This document shows, piece after piece, positions 32,629 through 47,338 of a stretch of 64,000 nt of DNA (position 1 is the first letter of the stretch; each line of letters opens with the position of its first letter). The translations under genes were made by a program, and so were the position numbers. Below the pieces are notes generated by a model that did no database searches, was not told where the DNA came from, and worked only from the letters and a program-made list of their open reading frames with translations. This DNA comes from Eledone cirrhosa (lineage: Eukaryota), in NCBI GenBank assembly GCA_964016885.1, contig OZ024740.1, forward strand, positions 368,466,001 to 368,530,000, given 5' to 3'.

Positions 32629-32630
<2 letters not shown>
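31880..32630 (+). mobile_element. Non-coding mini-PLE: short inversion + pLTR + ~280-bp spacer + hammerhead + pLTR
   Basis: ~31945-32100 is repeated directly at ~32475-32630, with TA tracts on both sides. Confidence 0.8.
32379..32460 (+). ncRNA. Type-I hammerhead ribozyme motif with extended stem II
   Basis: actcc-CTGATGA-c-gtaagg..atatagttgcg/cgtaactatat..ccttac-a-GAAA-ctgattag-TT-ggagt. Confidence 0.85.
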
Positions 32631-32716
<86 letters not shown>

Positions 32717-32948
32717 ATATATATATATTAGAAAGTGATGTTTTTTTACAATATGAAAGGAAAACGAGAAAAAAAGATGATATCAGAAATGCAACTGGAT
32801 TCATTTTTTTTAAAATATATACTTTATGTATGGGTGATACCCAGAAACATTAGTGTCGGCAGTTATTTTCGCATGAGAACTTAAGAGCAAGAATTTAAGT
32901 GTTCATTCTACTGACATGGCTATGAAATTGGGGCTATATATTATATAT

Positions 32949-33074
<126 letters not shown>

Positions 33075-33204
33075 TGACATGGCCATGAAATTGAGGCCTG
33101 TTTGCGTAATTGCAAACGAATAGAATGTTATTATTAATATTCGAAAATATCAGATTACATTTATTGTATTCAGTCATGTATAACGTTTTTATTTTATATA
33201 TATG

Positions 33205-33267
<63 letters not shown>

Positions 33268-33271
<4 letters not shown>

Positions 33272-34127
33272 ATATTGAGAAACACACAGATACATGCGGA
33301 CACACACATATACATGACTATATCCATATCCATCCTTGAGTTAATGGTGCCAACCTTAACCGATGTTGCTCTATGAACAACTGGGACAAACTAATCCGAA
33401 TGGATTAGACTGAACCAGTATCAGAGCTAAAAGTACATTATGTAGAGAGAAGAAACATTTAGATATAATTAGTAATAAGATGTATCATACCTAAACTGCT
33501 TCTAGATTCCTCGACTAAATGTTTCTTCTCTCTTCATAATGTACTTTTAGCTCTGATACTGGTTCAGTCTAATCCGTTCGGATTGGTTTGTCCCAGTTGT
33601 TCATAGAGCAACATCGGTTAAGGTTGGCACCATTAACTCAAGGATGGATGTGGATATATTCATGTATATGTGTGTCCTCATTTATCTGTGTGTTTCTCAA
33701 TATATTGTTTATAACTCCCTCTGGTCGAGTAATCTTTGACTGTGGAAACCTGCCATTACTAATACTTCTCGCCCCCTTAACCACCTCTTCTACGGCCTCG
33801 ATATAAATACCCCCTCCGCCTCCGTGGTATTTTTTTCAGGGTTATAAGGGGCTTAGCTCTGTTTCTTGACCGTTGTATCACGTGACTGACTCCCCCTCCA
33901 CCTTTTGGGATTCTATCTCACATCTTATAGACGTGTTCTTGAGTCTAGTAAAATGAGGTATCCTCTTGATAAGTCGGCAGACCTCAGAAAAGCTCTATAT
34001 CTCTATGATGTATTGTTTTTGATTATGCCACGAAACTACGTAGTCGAGGAATCTAGAAGCAGTTTAGGTATGATACATCTTATTACTAATTATATCTAAA
34101 TGTTTCTTCTCTCTTCATAATGTACTA
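33268..34127 (+). mobile_element. Non-coding mini-PLE: inverted pLTR + direct pLTR + spacer + hammerhead + pLTR start
   Basis: 33268-33460 is the reverse complement of ~33515-33705. ~33430-33516 is the reverse complement of ~34041-34127. Confidence 0.8.
33961..34050 (+). ncRNA. Type-I hammerhead ribozyme motif, U3-A8 core variant
   Basis: tcctc-TTGATAA-gtcggca...tgccac-GAAA-ctacgtag-TC-gagga. Stem III is the palindrome ACTACGTAGT. Confidence 0.82.
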
Positions 34128-34294
34128 TATATATATATAAGTAAGATGTATGGTAGGTCGTATGTGAATCGCGATGATCACGTCTGACTTACCAAATATG
34201 TGACGGTAGCTAGTGAAGCTCTATGCGTATACGCAGAGCAGAAATATTAGTGAAAAAGAACAAAGGCACTATTATGACATTATAACAAGTTTAT

Positions 34295-34341
34295 TGCCGA
34301 CAGCCGTTTCGTCTGACCCCATGGTGAGACTTATCAAGGCA
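34295..34341 (-). ncRNA. Minimal type-I hammerhead, U3-A8 variant
   Basis: tgcc-TTGATAA-gtc...gac-GAAA-cggctg-TC-ggca(ATAAA). Confidence 0.78.
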
Positions 34342-35599
34342 TATAACATGTGATTGCAAGATCATTGTTTACATCAACGTATCACTCAAGGCTAGCAGTT
34401 TGAAATTGTTGTATACATCAGCAACTCCGCTTGTATAGTTGGGGTCAATATTCTAAGGGGGGCTCTTTTATATTAGTTGTCGGGGTCAGGGATTGAAGTT
34501 TAAAAATTAGACAAAAATATATAATTTACGCATCAACATTAAACTAAAAGACTTGGGGTCCTGTAGAAGCACCTTAGAAAATCCCTCAATGAGTGCATAA
34601 AGCTTACAGGCTCCAATAAACCTATTAGACTAGAAGAAAATTAAGAGGCTAATAAAATAAGAAAATAAAAATATAAAGTTTCCCTAAAAAATATATAAAG
34701 TTCCTATGAAATTTCTTCTAGAGAAAAAAAATTTTTTCCGAAAGAAAAAAAACCTTCTTCCCCCGAGATCACGTTTACATAATTCAGAAAACTGAATTGA
34801 AAACTAGGTTGAAAGAAACTAATCAATTAGAGGTTAATTCAGAGAGCCTTCCATAAATCTCTCAGAAAAGGCCCCTTTAATATTTCCAATAGGAACTTCT
34901 TCCGAGAGACCCTTCGAAGAATTAAAATTTTAGAGAGCCTTTAAGGATAAATATAAAAACGAATTGAGGAAAATTATACATTAAAAGTTAAAAATTAAAA
35001 ATTACGGTATTTGGGATATCCGAGGAATTTTCAAAGGGCTGCTTCAACAGATACAACTTAGGCATAATAGATACAATAATCTAAGCAATTTAAGTAATTT
35101 AATTAGGGAGCAATTCAAGGAGTTTATCAAGTTGGGCAAGATTAAAGAATGTGGTAACTAAGAAAATACATAAGCAAAAAGACAATAATTATAAAATGTA
35201 TCTTTAAGAAGGTATAAGGTAGCTTCAGTGATCTAACCATGTATTATCACAAAAAAAACATTCTAAAATTATTGATACAGGATTAAAAATTATTACAAAA
35301 TTATTACAAAATTACCACAAAATCATTACAAAATTATCAAATCATCACAAAATTACCACAAAATCATTACAAAATTATCAAATTATCATAAAATTATCGC
35401 AAAATTATTACAAAATTATCATAAAATTATTACAAAATTATCACAAAGTTATTGATACAGGATCAACAAAGACAACAATATATATTCCTGCCCAATCAAC
35501 AAGTATACAAGCGGAGTTGCTGATGTATACAACAATTTCAAACTGCTAGCCTTGAGTGATACGTTGATGTAAACAATGATCTTGCAATCACATGTTATA

Positions 35600-35646
35600 T
35601 GCCTTGATAAGTCCCACCATGGGGTCGGACGAAACGGCTGTCGGCA
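35600..35646 (+). ncRNA. Minimal type-I hammerhead, U3-A8 variant (inverted copy)
   Basis: tgcc-TTGATAA-gtcc...ggac-GAAA-cggctg-TC-ggca(ATAAA). Confidence 0.8.
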
Positions 35647-35849
35647 ATAAACTTGTTATATATATATATATATATATATGAAATAAAAATGTTCTACATG
35701 ACTGAATACAATAAAGGTAATCTTAGTTTTTCGAATATTGATAATAACATTCGATTCATTTGCAAATATGCGAACAGGCGTCAATTTCATGACCATGTCA
35801 ATAGAATGAACCCTTCATTCTTGTTCTTATGTTGGCATGCGTACAGAAT

Positions 35850-35891
35850 TGGAGACACTAATGTTTCTGGGTATCAACCTTCATCAGTACA
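35850..35891 (-). ncRNA. Minimal hammerhead motif with weak stem I, in pLTR family 35680-36262 (related pieces at 32830-32935 and 33073-33200)
   Basis: CTGATGA-agg.ttgatac.cca-GAAA-cattagtg-TC. Stem III ACATTAGTGT is near-palindromic. Confidence 0.55.
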
Positions 35892-36267
35892 GCCCATTTT
35901 TCACGTGACAAGCACTCAGAGCTAGTAAAAATATATGCTCTTTTCAAAAATACGCAGCGACTGACCTGCCTGGTTTGCATATTAGCAGTCTGGCTGATCA
36001 GTCAGATCTGCATATTAGCAGATCCACTGATCAGCTACATTTGCATATCAGCAGAGAGGCCAGTCACTTTCCTGTATACGAGCGATAAATAGCCGGCTTT
36101 GCCAAATTCAAATAAAAAAGAAAATTTCGGTCTACATAGCTGAATACCATAAATGTAATCAACACAAGAGCAAGAATGAAGTGTTCATTCTACTGACATG
36201 GCTATAAAATTCAGGCTTGTTTGCATAATTGCAAACTAATCAATGTTATTATTAATATTCGAAATAG

Positions 36268-36455
36268 GGCGGTAGATTGGAAGTATCGGTAGAGAGTCGG
36301 ACGCCATGCTTTCCAGCATAGTTACGTCCCTTTGCGGTCTGAGTTCATATCCCGCCGAGGTTAACTTTGCCTTTCATCCGTACGGGGTCGATAAAATAAA
36401 GTACCAGTAATGTACTGTAACTGATGGCCTTGTGCCAAAAGTAGAAACAATTATT
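36268..36455 (+). mobile_element. tRNA-derived SINE (~190 bp)
   Basis: A-box-like TGGAAGTATCGG and B-box-like GTTCATATCCC, central gcctttcatcc..ggggtcgataaaataaagtaccagt and an ATT tail. Confidence 0.85.
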
Positions 36456-36461
36456 AATATT

Positions 36462-36591
<130 letters not shown>

Positions 36592-36608
36592 GGACACATA
36601 CACACATA

Positions 36609-36646
<38 letters not shown>

Positions 36647-36693
36647 TTTATGTATATATATATATATATTATATATATATGTGTGTGTGTGTG

Positions 36694-36753
<60 letters not shown>

Positions 36754-36922
36754 CATACATATATATATTTTATATATATATATATATATTTATTAAAATA
36801 ACAGATTAAAGTTTAAGCAAAGAATCGCGGCTTTCACCCTTAACGGTTCTCATATATTTGATATATATATTTATCCTTATCGAGTCCTCTTTGGAATTTA
36901 GTGTTCAAATTTATTATTATTA

Positions 36923-37068
<146 letters not shown>

Positions 37069-39460
37069 ACATATAATGCATTCATTCAGACAGGAAAAAA
37101 ATACGTTAAGAACAGAATACAGATGTTTTATTATATTCTGACTTATTTCAAGCAATAATCAGTCAGGAAGCCGAGATTGAGACAAAGCATATTCTATTGG
37201 CGCGCTGTTTCGAAATGATTATGTACAGTTATTTTACACCATATATCATATATTTTACGATACATTTATTATTTGTTTCTTTTCAAGATCTTACCAAATA
37301 CAATCTCCAAAATCTACTGAAATATTACAAAGCTACAAATGCAGAACAATACAATGTTTATTACGAATGAATCATACATCTAGTTTTAACCCCAAAACAA
37401 AAATTTAAAATATCCTATATACATGCGTATAGAGAAACGTTTAATCAATGGGCTTAAATGCATAGTAGGACATACATTATCAAGAGGTCATCATGTGATC
37501 TCTGCTTACTAATCTGTCCTGATATTTATAAAACTGCGTCAACAAAATGATGTGTTTCGTTTCTGATTTTGATTCTAAAAATTGTACATTTATTATATAT
37601 TTAAGATAAGCATGCTTGCTCTAATAGAGTGTAATCAAGACAATCTGTAACTTTACGATGAAAATAATTGTAGTGGTCCAGTATGCCCCTCTTATAGAAA
37701 TCGCAAATTGATCTTTGTATTATTTTTATAGTTTTCATCATTAACACAGAGACATGGTGCAGACCTACCATTAGATTTTTAGGAGACCATAATGACCTAA
37801 AAAATTATTTCAGTACGCCAGTATTTATATCGAATCTCTAACTTAAGATAGTCTACAATACACAAGATTTTGTGAAACCTGATTTAACTGAATCGTAGTT
37901 GGATCAAACTAGAAAGTAGCATTTGGAAGCGATCTTCTTAACTACACCTGCGAAATAATTCGTGTGAGTGCTACCAGCACGATTGAATGCAAATTGAATT
38001 TGTATCTCTGGGATAAATATCCATTGGTGCGCTTGAAATATTTTCCATTATTCAGAGGAATTAAATTGAATCCTGGTTGTTATATTACAAGACATTCCCG
38101 CATAAAAAAACTAAATAATATATTTGAGAGGATTAAAAAGATTGTCAACATTATCTATCGGCAGTAGTTCGAATATTGATGTTTTGCTTGATAAATATTT
38201 GAACTGGTTTAAATCAACGTTAGCATTAGATCTAATATATTCATTCGCATTAACAATTTGATATCAACATAGCCAAAATTGACGCATATGGTCACAAACA
38301 TGTCTGAAATAACACAGCAGTTCCGAGCAGCAGTTGAATGTCTCATGAATATATCTTGCAAACATTTCCGTTTTATGTAGTAAACTTCTTAATAGTTTAC
38401 ACATGAATACTGAAATGTACACAATGGATAAAATTAGATTAAATGCCAGCAATACAGCATGCATCAGAATTTAATATTTTTCCATGTAAATATCAGATAT
38501 TAAACTATTCTCTTCGGGTAAATATTTCCAAAACCTACTGAGTAATGTCGTGTTTCATTATATTGAAACATTTCCTAACACGTTAAAGCACAGCCACAAA
38601 TCGTACATACCCCTAGATTATTTGCCATTGTATTATAATGATAATAGCTTCGTGTAATAGTAAGAGAATTTCAAATTAATATACATATTAAACCTCGTAA
38701 AAAGAAAATCTTAATTTGATATATATATTTATCGTATTAAATTTATATAATTCATTATTTAGTAAATGTTTTATATCATAGGAACAAGGGAGGTATAATA
38801 TACCCGCAGGTTTCATGTTATTGAAATAGTGAATATTCAAGATATAACTTCAATCAGTGAAAAATATTGTTCAAACAAGATTAATTCTTGAAACATATAT
38901 CCGTTTCTACGGATGAGGTTTCCGCATATTTCTGGTGAACTCCAAATATTATTTATTTCTGTGTAGCTTAAACATTTACCTAGTCGCATACTATATCACT
39001 GATGTAATACTATATTTTCAGTAAAATGGATGAAACGTTAGATGATCAATTAGGAAAGAATTCTAAATATAATTCTATAACTTCAACTGTATATTAGATA
39101 TCAGTAATATAGTCAGTCGCTAGTCAACCAGCGTTCTTTATCGAATGATTAACAGGCGAGGCAAAATTTGTGGGTCAGCTTTTTTTCATTTCCTGTTAGT
39201 ACGAAGAAAATTCTGATGTTTTGCATAACTTTAGAAATAAATAATTCTACAAATATATAGTAAAACATTGACCTATTGTCTGTGGTCAGACATCGAAACA
39301 TCTCAAGTGAATACAAGTGATTTGGTTGTACGAGAAATTGAATTGCTACCTGTCAATGTATCATAACACTTTAATGCAGAGTTAACACACAAACGCTTAG
39401 ACATCCAACCAAAACAAAAAGAAAAAAATATTCATAAATACATGGATGTCTCCCCCCCCC

Positions 39461-39502
<42 letters not shown>

Positions 39503-41280
39503 GCATGTATGTATGTTTATATATATATATGTGTGTGTATGCATGTATGTATGTTTGTAAGTATGTATGTATGTATGTATATACATGCATGTGTGTGTGG
39601 TGTGTGTGTACAAGACTGTTTGTCTGAATGTGAATGTGTTTTATTATAAATACACGTACACGACCATATATATATATATATATATATATATACAAATGAT
39701 AGTGAGCGAGAGAGACAGAGAGAGAGAGAAATATAAAGAGAGAGAGAAAGATAGTGAGAGAGAGGTAGAGAGAGATCACTATGAAAAGTTCTCAATATTT
39801 TATACATTTATGGCATTCCAATCAATCACACGACAAATCCCCCCAACACCCGAAACACCACCACCAACAACGGCATAAAAGAAAGATAGAAATCTAAAAG
39901 TATTTCACGTCTCATATCAAATCGTATCTGACAATGGTCACTATACTTCAAAATGATACCTATCAAATAGAAAAAAATAATAACAATAGAATAAGACGAG
40001 ATCAAATGATGAGAGTGGTGAAGAAATACTAGGAAAACGAACAAAAACAAGTAAGCATTTATACAAAAGCATTTGTTGTATGATGTGCAGACGTTTGTTG
40101 TTTTCTACTAATACATTGAACATTGATTTCTATACAATTGCAAATTATATAGAATAATATAAACGTAAAACAATATAAATACAAAACTCATAGTTAGTTT
40201 GTAGGCTTGTACAAAGTGTTGTTTTCACTAAGGTCTTCTATGATATTGTATGAAAGCTACTAATACTATAATTTCCTGCATTAACTTTTTACTTTTCGTC
40301 AGTTTCATTTCTTGTTACGACAAGAAGTTGATTTATTTTCCTGTTTTAACGCCATTTGATGTATTGTATCGTTACTTCAACCTTACCGGCACATGAATTG
40401 TGTATTCTTTATATTCCTTATGAATAGCTAGAGTGTAGCGATTATAATAATTTTACTGACACAATAAAACCCAACGCACTATATATACATATATAGAAAT
40501 CATTCCAGTATACAAATACAACAAAATCAACAAACTCAGTAAGGATAATAGACTCCTACAATGTCTTAAGATTTATATGCTTTTCTTTATTATGTAGAAA
40601 GAACGCTCGATTAATGAGTCCACACATCTTGAGGAAACTTGTTATCTATAAGGTTATTCACGTCAGTTTTTATTAACTACTAATTTTATCGTGACGAGAT
40701 CTATAGTGTGTAAATTGCACGATTGTACATTTGTAAGGTTTCCCTCCGATTGTGTCAGATAAGGACACACTTTTAAATAGACATCCGCTTACACTAATTA
40801 TGGGTTCCAAATTGTGCACAAAGTGAGCAATAGAAGGTGGGAAGAAAGTCAATTTAATTGCCTCCAATACATAAATGGTACTTTTTTTCATCGTCTATGG
40901 AAGGATAAATGTGATGAGCGAAATGAATAAATGAAGTTTATTTCACCGGCGGCGATACAAATACAGATGATAAAATGATGGAGACAAGGTAATATGAATA
41001 TTACAGGACTTGCTGTCATCTAATAGATATATCTGATGTCTACCTAGATTGAGCATTCCAACTATAATAAATCCAGCTCGTTTCCAGTTGAAATGTATAT
41101 GGAGGAGACGACATTTATGTGTATATATGGAAGTATATTTGGCTACAATTATTAGCAAACGAAATGCTGTTTCCGATAACTAAGATGACTGTGGTGTTTT
41201 CAAAATTTTCTTGGAAAATAATCGTAATGCATTTTGCGGAATAACATAACATAATATACATACACACACACACTTACCCG

Positions 41281-41329
<49 letters not shown>

Positions 41330-41749
41330 TAATAAAAACAATGAAATAAAAACAAAGAACAAGTTCCTTATAGAGATAACGTTATATTAATTCATATGAA
41401 TGTGATAAATAAGAATTATACGTTATTAAAGAGTGTTGTTAAAAACGTAGGAAAGTAAAATTTTGGGATAAGGGTAGTATTGAGAAATACCAACCTTATT
41501 TAAACTACAAGGAATCTATATACATATCAGGAAATTAAATTAATTTATAGGTATACTTATAGGTATTTCAGGAAAAAAGAGCTGTAAGAAGGAAATAAAA
41601 TTATGAATTTCTCTGTAGTAAAATACTAATTATAGGTTAACTAAATTAAAAAAAAATAATTATAATAACTTGTAAAATATAAGAGTAAGGTGTATATTAA
41701 TTAGGTTTATAATATTTGAAGGTTCTTCTAAGTCTATGATTGAAAGATA

Positions 41750-42480
41750 TAATTAATTCCTGTCGCTTATTTAATAGGATATCCTTAGATTTCATGATTT
41801 CAAAAAGTTCCTGGGAGCATAACCTACACTCGTATCTGCTATTTTGATAAGGGGTGGCCCTTCTGAGCTCGCTCCAGGTCCGGTTGTAATCGATATTCTT
41901 TTTCTATAATTATTAATTGTTTCAGCCAAGGATTAGCTAATGCGACATTTTTAAAACTATGTTTGTGGGTATTAAATCTTACTTTAAATTGGTTAGGCGT
42001 AGCTCCTATATATGAATAAGTGGAGTCCTTAGTGCTAATTTTCCATTTATAGACTATGTTATTAATAAGACAATGTCCCTTTAATGGGAAATTTCTTTTG
42101 ATTCTACAGTTACAACCATTCGTGAATATTATATCAGGGGAGTTAGTCAAATTTGGTGTGGAGTTTACTCGACTTGTTATACGTGGAGATGGTGGTTTGT
42201 TGCGGTTTATTTTAGTATTATGGTTGGTGGTATATTTGTGGGGTTTATTTACACTTATATGCGTTGTACGCACTTATATTATCTTGTATATTTTTGGTAG
42301 TGGAGTAGGAAATTTTGACAGTTGATCTATTTAAAATGTGATGGTATTTATGGTTTGGTGGGAAGTTTTTCTCTAGGATAGCAAAGAATATTTTAGGGAT
42401 ATTGTCTTTAATTTGTAGATTAAATGGAGTATTATACCAAGTAACCCGTCTATTACGGTTTCGATATTGTTTTTTTTTTT
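41750..42480 (-). pseudogene. PLE linker/GIY-YIG fragment
   Basis: VTWYN, then CNCRIKRNFPLKGHCLINNIVYK..YIGATPNQFKVRFNTHKHSF. Confidence 0.85.
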
Positions 42481-42962
42481 TATACGATGTATCGGGATGT
42501 TTACTAAGCGAGTTACTATTAGTGACTTTATTATATATATGTTTAGTTAGATTAACTGCTTTAGGTGTTTTAGTCTGATTACTAGGAATTTAGTTAGTAA
42601 TTGTATTTCCCTCTTACAGCTCTCTTTTCCTAAAATACCAATATGTATACCTATAAATTAAATTAATTTTCTTTTATGTGTCTAGATTCCTTGTAGTTTA
42701 AATAAGATTGGTATTTCTCAATACTACCCTTATCCCAAAATTTTACTTTCCTTCGTTTTTAACAACACTCTCTAATAACGTATAATTCTTATTTATCACA
42801 TTCATATGAATTAATATAACTTTCTCCCTATAAGTATACCTATCAATTAATTAAATATCTTGTTATAGATCTAGATTCCTTGTGGTTTAAATAAGATTGG
42901 TATTTCTTACTAATACCCTTACCCTAAAATGTTATTTTCCTTCCTTCTTAACATTATTCTTT

Positions 42963-43150
42963 CGGTGGATTGGCAGTATCGGTAGAGGGTCGGACGCCAT
43001 GCTTTCCAGCATAGTTAAGTCCCTTTACGATCTGAGTTCAAATCCCGCCGAGGTTGACTTTGCCTGTCATCCTTACGGGGTCGATAAAATAAAGTACCAG
43101 TAATGCACTGGATAATTGCTGGCCTTGTGCCTAAGGTAGAAACAATTATT
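42963..43150 (+). mobile_element. tRNA-derived SINE inserted in PLE UTR, probable TSD attattcttt
   Basis: TGGCAGTATCGG A box and GAGTTCAAATCCC B box; same family as 36268. Confidence 0.88.
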
Positions 43151-43576
43151 CTTTAATAACATCAAATTTTCGTGTACCCTTCACTATCTTCTTGGCCTGA
43201 CCTCTTTTCATCCCCAAAGTATTATTTTCATTCAAAACATAGGTCTGCACTCCTCTACCCCTAAATTAAATTTCTACTACTGCTATTCTATCAACTTGAC
43301 CTCTAACTACTTTTCTATTGATCAATTCAAAACCTGTACCCAAACATACCTTTTATATTAAATATTTGGTGTTTTTTTTTTCAATAAACACATGTCATCA
43401 TTTTTGAGGCTTCATGTACATGTGAAGGTATGTATATTTCCTCTGATAATTTGTAATATTTTTATATAGATCTATATGGTATCCATACCAACACACGTAT
43501 ACATCCCAGAAACGATCGTAAAATGATGAATTTTTAATATAAGGAATTTGTTCTTTGTTTTTATTTCGTTGTTTTA

Positions 43577-43628
<52 letters not shown>

Positions 43629-44899
43629 CGTGTAAGTTTGTGTGTGTAGGTATATTATGTTATGTCATTTCGCAAAATGCATTACGATTATTTTCCAAGA
43701 ATATTTTAAAAACACCACAGTGATCTTAGTTATCTGAAACAGCATTTTGTTTGCTAATAATTGTAGCCAAATATACTTCCATATATACACATAAATGTCG
43801 TCTCCTCCAAATACATTTCAACTGGAAACGAGCTGGCTTTATTATGGTTGGAATGCTCAATCTAGGTAGACATCATATATATCTATTAGATGACAGCAAG
43901 TCCTGGATTATTCATATTACCTTGTCTCCATCATTTTATCATGTGTATTTGTATCGCCGCCGATGAAATGAACTTCATTTATTCATTTCGCTCATCACAT
44001 GTCGTGAATACGTTGCCATTCATCCCTCCAGAGACGATGAAAAAAAGTACCATTTATGTATTGGAGGCAATTAAATTGACTTTTTCCCCTCCTTTTATTG
44101 CTCACTTTGTGCACAATTTGGAACCCATAATTAGTGTAAGCGGATGTCTATTAAAAGTGTGTCCTTATCTGACACACTCGGAGGGAAACCTTACAAATGT
44201 ACAATCGTGCAATTTACACACTATAGATTTCGTCACGATAAAATTAGTAGTTAATAAAAAGTGAGGTGAATAACCTTATAGATGACAAGTTTCTTCAAGA
44301 TGTGTGGACTCATTAATCGAGGGTTCTTTCTACATAATAAAGAAAAGCATATAAATCTTAAGATATTGTAGGAATTTATAATGATTACTGAGTTTGTTGA
44401 TTTTGTTGTATTTGTATACTGGAATGATTTCTATATATGTATATATATTGGGTTGGGTTTTATTGTGTCAGTAAAACTATTATAATCGCTACACTCTAGC
44501 TATTCATAAGGAATATAAAGAATACACAATTCATGTGCCGGTAAGGTTGAAGTAACGATACAATACATCAAATGGCGTTAAAACAGGAAAATAAATCAAC
44601 TTCTTGTCGTAACAAGAAATGAAACTGACGAAAAGTAAAAAGTTAATGCAGGAAATTATATAATTAGTAGCTTGGTAAAATAAAACATATTTTATATAAA
44701 ATAAATTATGTTGAGCCTTGCCTATATCATGGTGATTATAGTGGAAAGTGTGGTTATGTTGCATGAAATCATGTAAATGTGAAACCAAATATGACCACAA
44801 ATAATGGTTTATTTTATTAACCCATTATATTTGGTAAACCAGCTTTGAATATAAAGGCGTACTAGGAAGAAACAAGTTCAGTTAAGTTAACTCCAGTCA

Positions 44900-46567
44900 T
44901 ATTTTTTTCGGAGTTTCTTTTTTGAAATCCGGGACCTTGCGATGATGAGCTTCGACTACTTGAAGAACACACTGCTTCTCCTCTCATTCTTGTTGATGGC
45001 AACAAGAATGAGAGATCAACTTGACTGTTCACTCCGCCAGATCGTTGACTACCTTGATATTGTGAACAACAGCACAGGCATTCTGATATGACGCTTGTGA
45101 TGACCAAGTTGCAGGTGACAACTCAAGCGAAATATCGTCGAGACCAAGGAGATCGAACAGAAGCCTTGATTTCTTCCTAACTAGATGAGGCAGCTTCGTG
45201 GACGACTTCAACTCGGGAAATACTGGAGCACCACGGTAGAGAGGCCCAGACGTTTTCCTTTTGACAAGACGTTGGGCTATTTGTTTCTTCTCGGACTCTT
45301 GGACCCGACCTGAAAACAGCGCTAACGGAATGGCTTCCTCCGTCAGGTACCACAGATACCTGCTCAGAGCAGTGGTGGCTGCCTGCGAGAGATCTCTGTC
45401 AACCTTACTGTACTGTGTCAACTCCACGTAGAATTGAAGGTCATTGGATGATGCATCAGCACACTTAACTGCTGTCAGCTAGTATCGCACGTATAACAGA
45501 GCATTGAACATACAGATCCGGCGCAACTTTTCCATTTTAGCTTGATCGTAATTGAGTCGCTCACTAAATGCATACATCTTTGCACTATAGATGATTGTGG
45601 ACATCCACCGAGCGTTATGATGTGCATCAGGCAGCACCCAATGAATTCCAAGAGAAGGGGTGACACCAAGCAAGATCAACATCAACTCGGCAGATTCTCT
45701 GTAGTCGTCCCGTGGAAGAGAACTAATTTTCCTATCGTCTGATGTCAGCAAATCTTGGAGGAACTTGATGTTCTCAGAACACGGACGCTTGAGTCTCCGG
45801 TCGACAATGTTCAATGTTTTAAAGTTGTCTTGTCCGTGAGTGACACCCAATCTTTTTTGAACTGCTTGTACGCTGGGGTGTTTGGACTGGACATTGCTCC
45901 GAATAGATTTTTCCACACTGCACACAAGATACGCTCCATGGTGCCGACAAGCAAAATAAAACACATTTTTGTTGGGCATCTCTTCTAGTTTAAAACGCAG
46001 GCACCATCTTTCCATTCAGAATACGAAGCAGTTGTGTCGAAGACCAAGCCCACCACAGACCCATCAACATTCCAACAAGATCAAATGATGCTTTGGCTTT
46101 GGTCGTTCGAGTGTCATCAGGAATTATGGGAACACCGAGGAATTTACCTTCTCTCAAGTCCTGAATTCCAGGAACTAGCACACCTAGCATCTCATGGTCA
46201 CCAGGAATTATTTTGCCATCCCAATGCAAGGTAGCAAAGTCTGGTAGAGCAATTTGTTCCTTTATGTATTCAGGCCCCACAGTTCTGATCTTCTTAGCTG
46301 CACGTCTGCTATTACTATTCTTGGAGAGAGTTGTGGCGTATATGTCAGACCCACCCTCAGAAATAATCGATGCCATAAACATATTGCCCCAGGAGCCATA
46401 TTTCTCGATCATCACAACGAAGCTATTATTTTGCCAATTTGCAACTATTAGGCAAGGCTTAACTTAGTCTGAAATAATCAAGATTACATTATAAATTGAT
46501 AATATACAAAACGGCATGAGAAAATGCATAGCAAGTTATGTAAAATGTTGGATTCTGGAACACCCTA

Positions 46568-46570
<3 letters not shown>
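44900..46570 (-). mobile_element. Degenerate hATm-like DNA transposon (transposase pseudogene, one TIR-like end)
   Basis: LHWDGK, ACRHH, HNARWM, YLWYLTEE.IPLALFS, VVNDLAE*TVKLI and LQVVEAH in order. The minus-strand end reads TAGGGTGTTCCAG next to (TA)n at ~46569. Confidence 0.75.
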
Positions 46571-46599
<29 letters not shown>

Positions 46600-46641
46600 A
46601 TATCAAATAAAATAAAATAAATATATATATATATAGATATA

Positions 46642-46829
<188 letters not shown>

Positions 46830-47100
46830 ATAACAATAAACCGTTAAAGGTAATCCAATAAGAGTCTGCGAAAACAACGTCTCATGGACAGTTTAAGCAC
46901 ACGGTAATGTGTGACTCAGCAAGATGTTTACATTGGTGACAATTGTGCCTGTGTTCCTATATAAATATATCTTGGAGTAATAAAAAAGTTAAGAATAACA
47001 TGGTTGACAAAACAAACAAGGGTATTTATTTAGAGTCTTACAATTGTAGTAGTTTTAATTTTTAAGTTTACTGTTACGCATATATTTTATATTTCTTAAT

Positions 47101-47206
47101 GGATTCTGATGAAATGATTGAATTTAAATGTATTTTAAGTTGAATTATACTTCTCCAGTATTTAGCAATTTATAGACAATTCTACCATGGAAACAATTGT
47201 AAGACT
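47101..47206 (+). ncRNA. Type-I hammerhead motif with long stem II, inside a fold-back pLTR (~46985-47047 vs ~47193-47255)
   Basis: ggatt-CTGATGA-(~77 nt)-GAAA-caattg-TA-agact..AATAAA. Stem III is the palindrome ACAATTGT; stem I is imperfect. Confidence 0.65.
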
Positions 47207-47250
47207 ATAAATAAATACCCATGTTTGTTTTGTCAACCATGTTATTCTTA

Positions 47251-47338
<88 letters not shown>

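Larger units (their letters stand above)
34140..35660 (-). mobile_element. PLE-derived element with inverted pLTRs and a non-coding A-rich interior
   Basis: ~34282-34440 is the reverse complement of ~35503-35660. An 11-bp tandem repeat (aaaattattac) lies at ~35285-35450. Confidence 0.75.
40256..44674. repeat. Large inverted duplication: ~40256-41372 vs ~43540-44674, with a nested inner pair ~41368-41603 vs ~42597-42833
   Basis: Mirror ORFs 40943-41158(-)/43751-43966(+) and 40673-40891(-)/43890-44264(+). The arms can be matched base by base with scattered substitutions. Confidence 0.93.
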
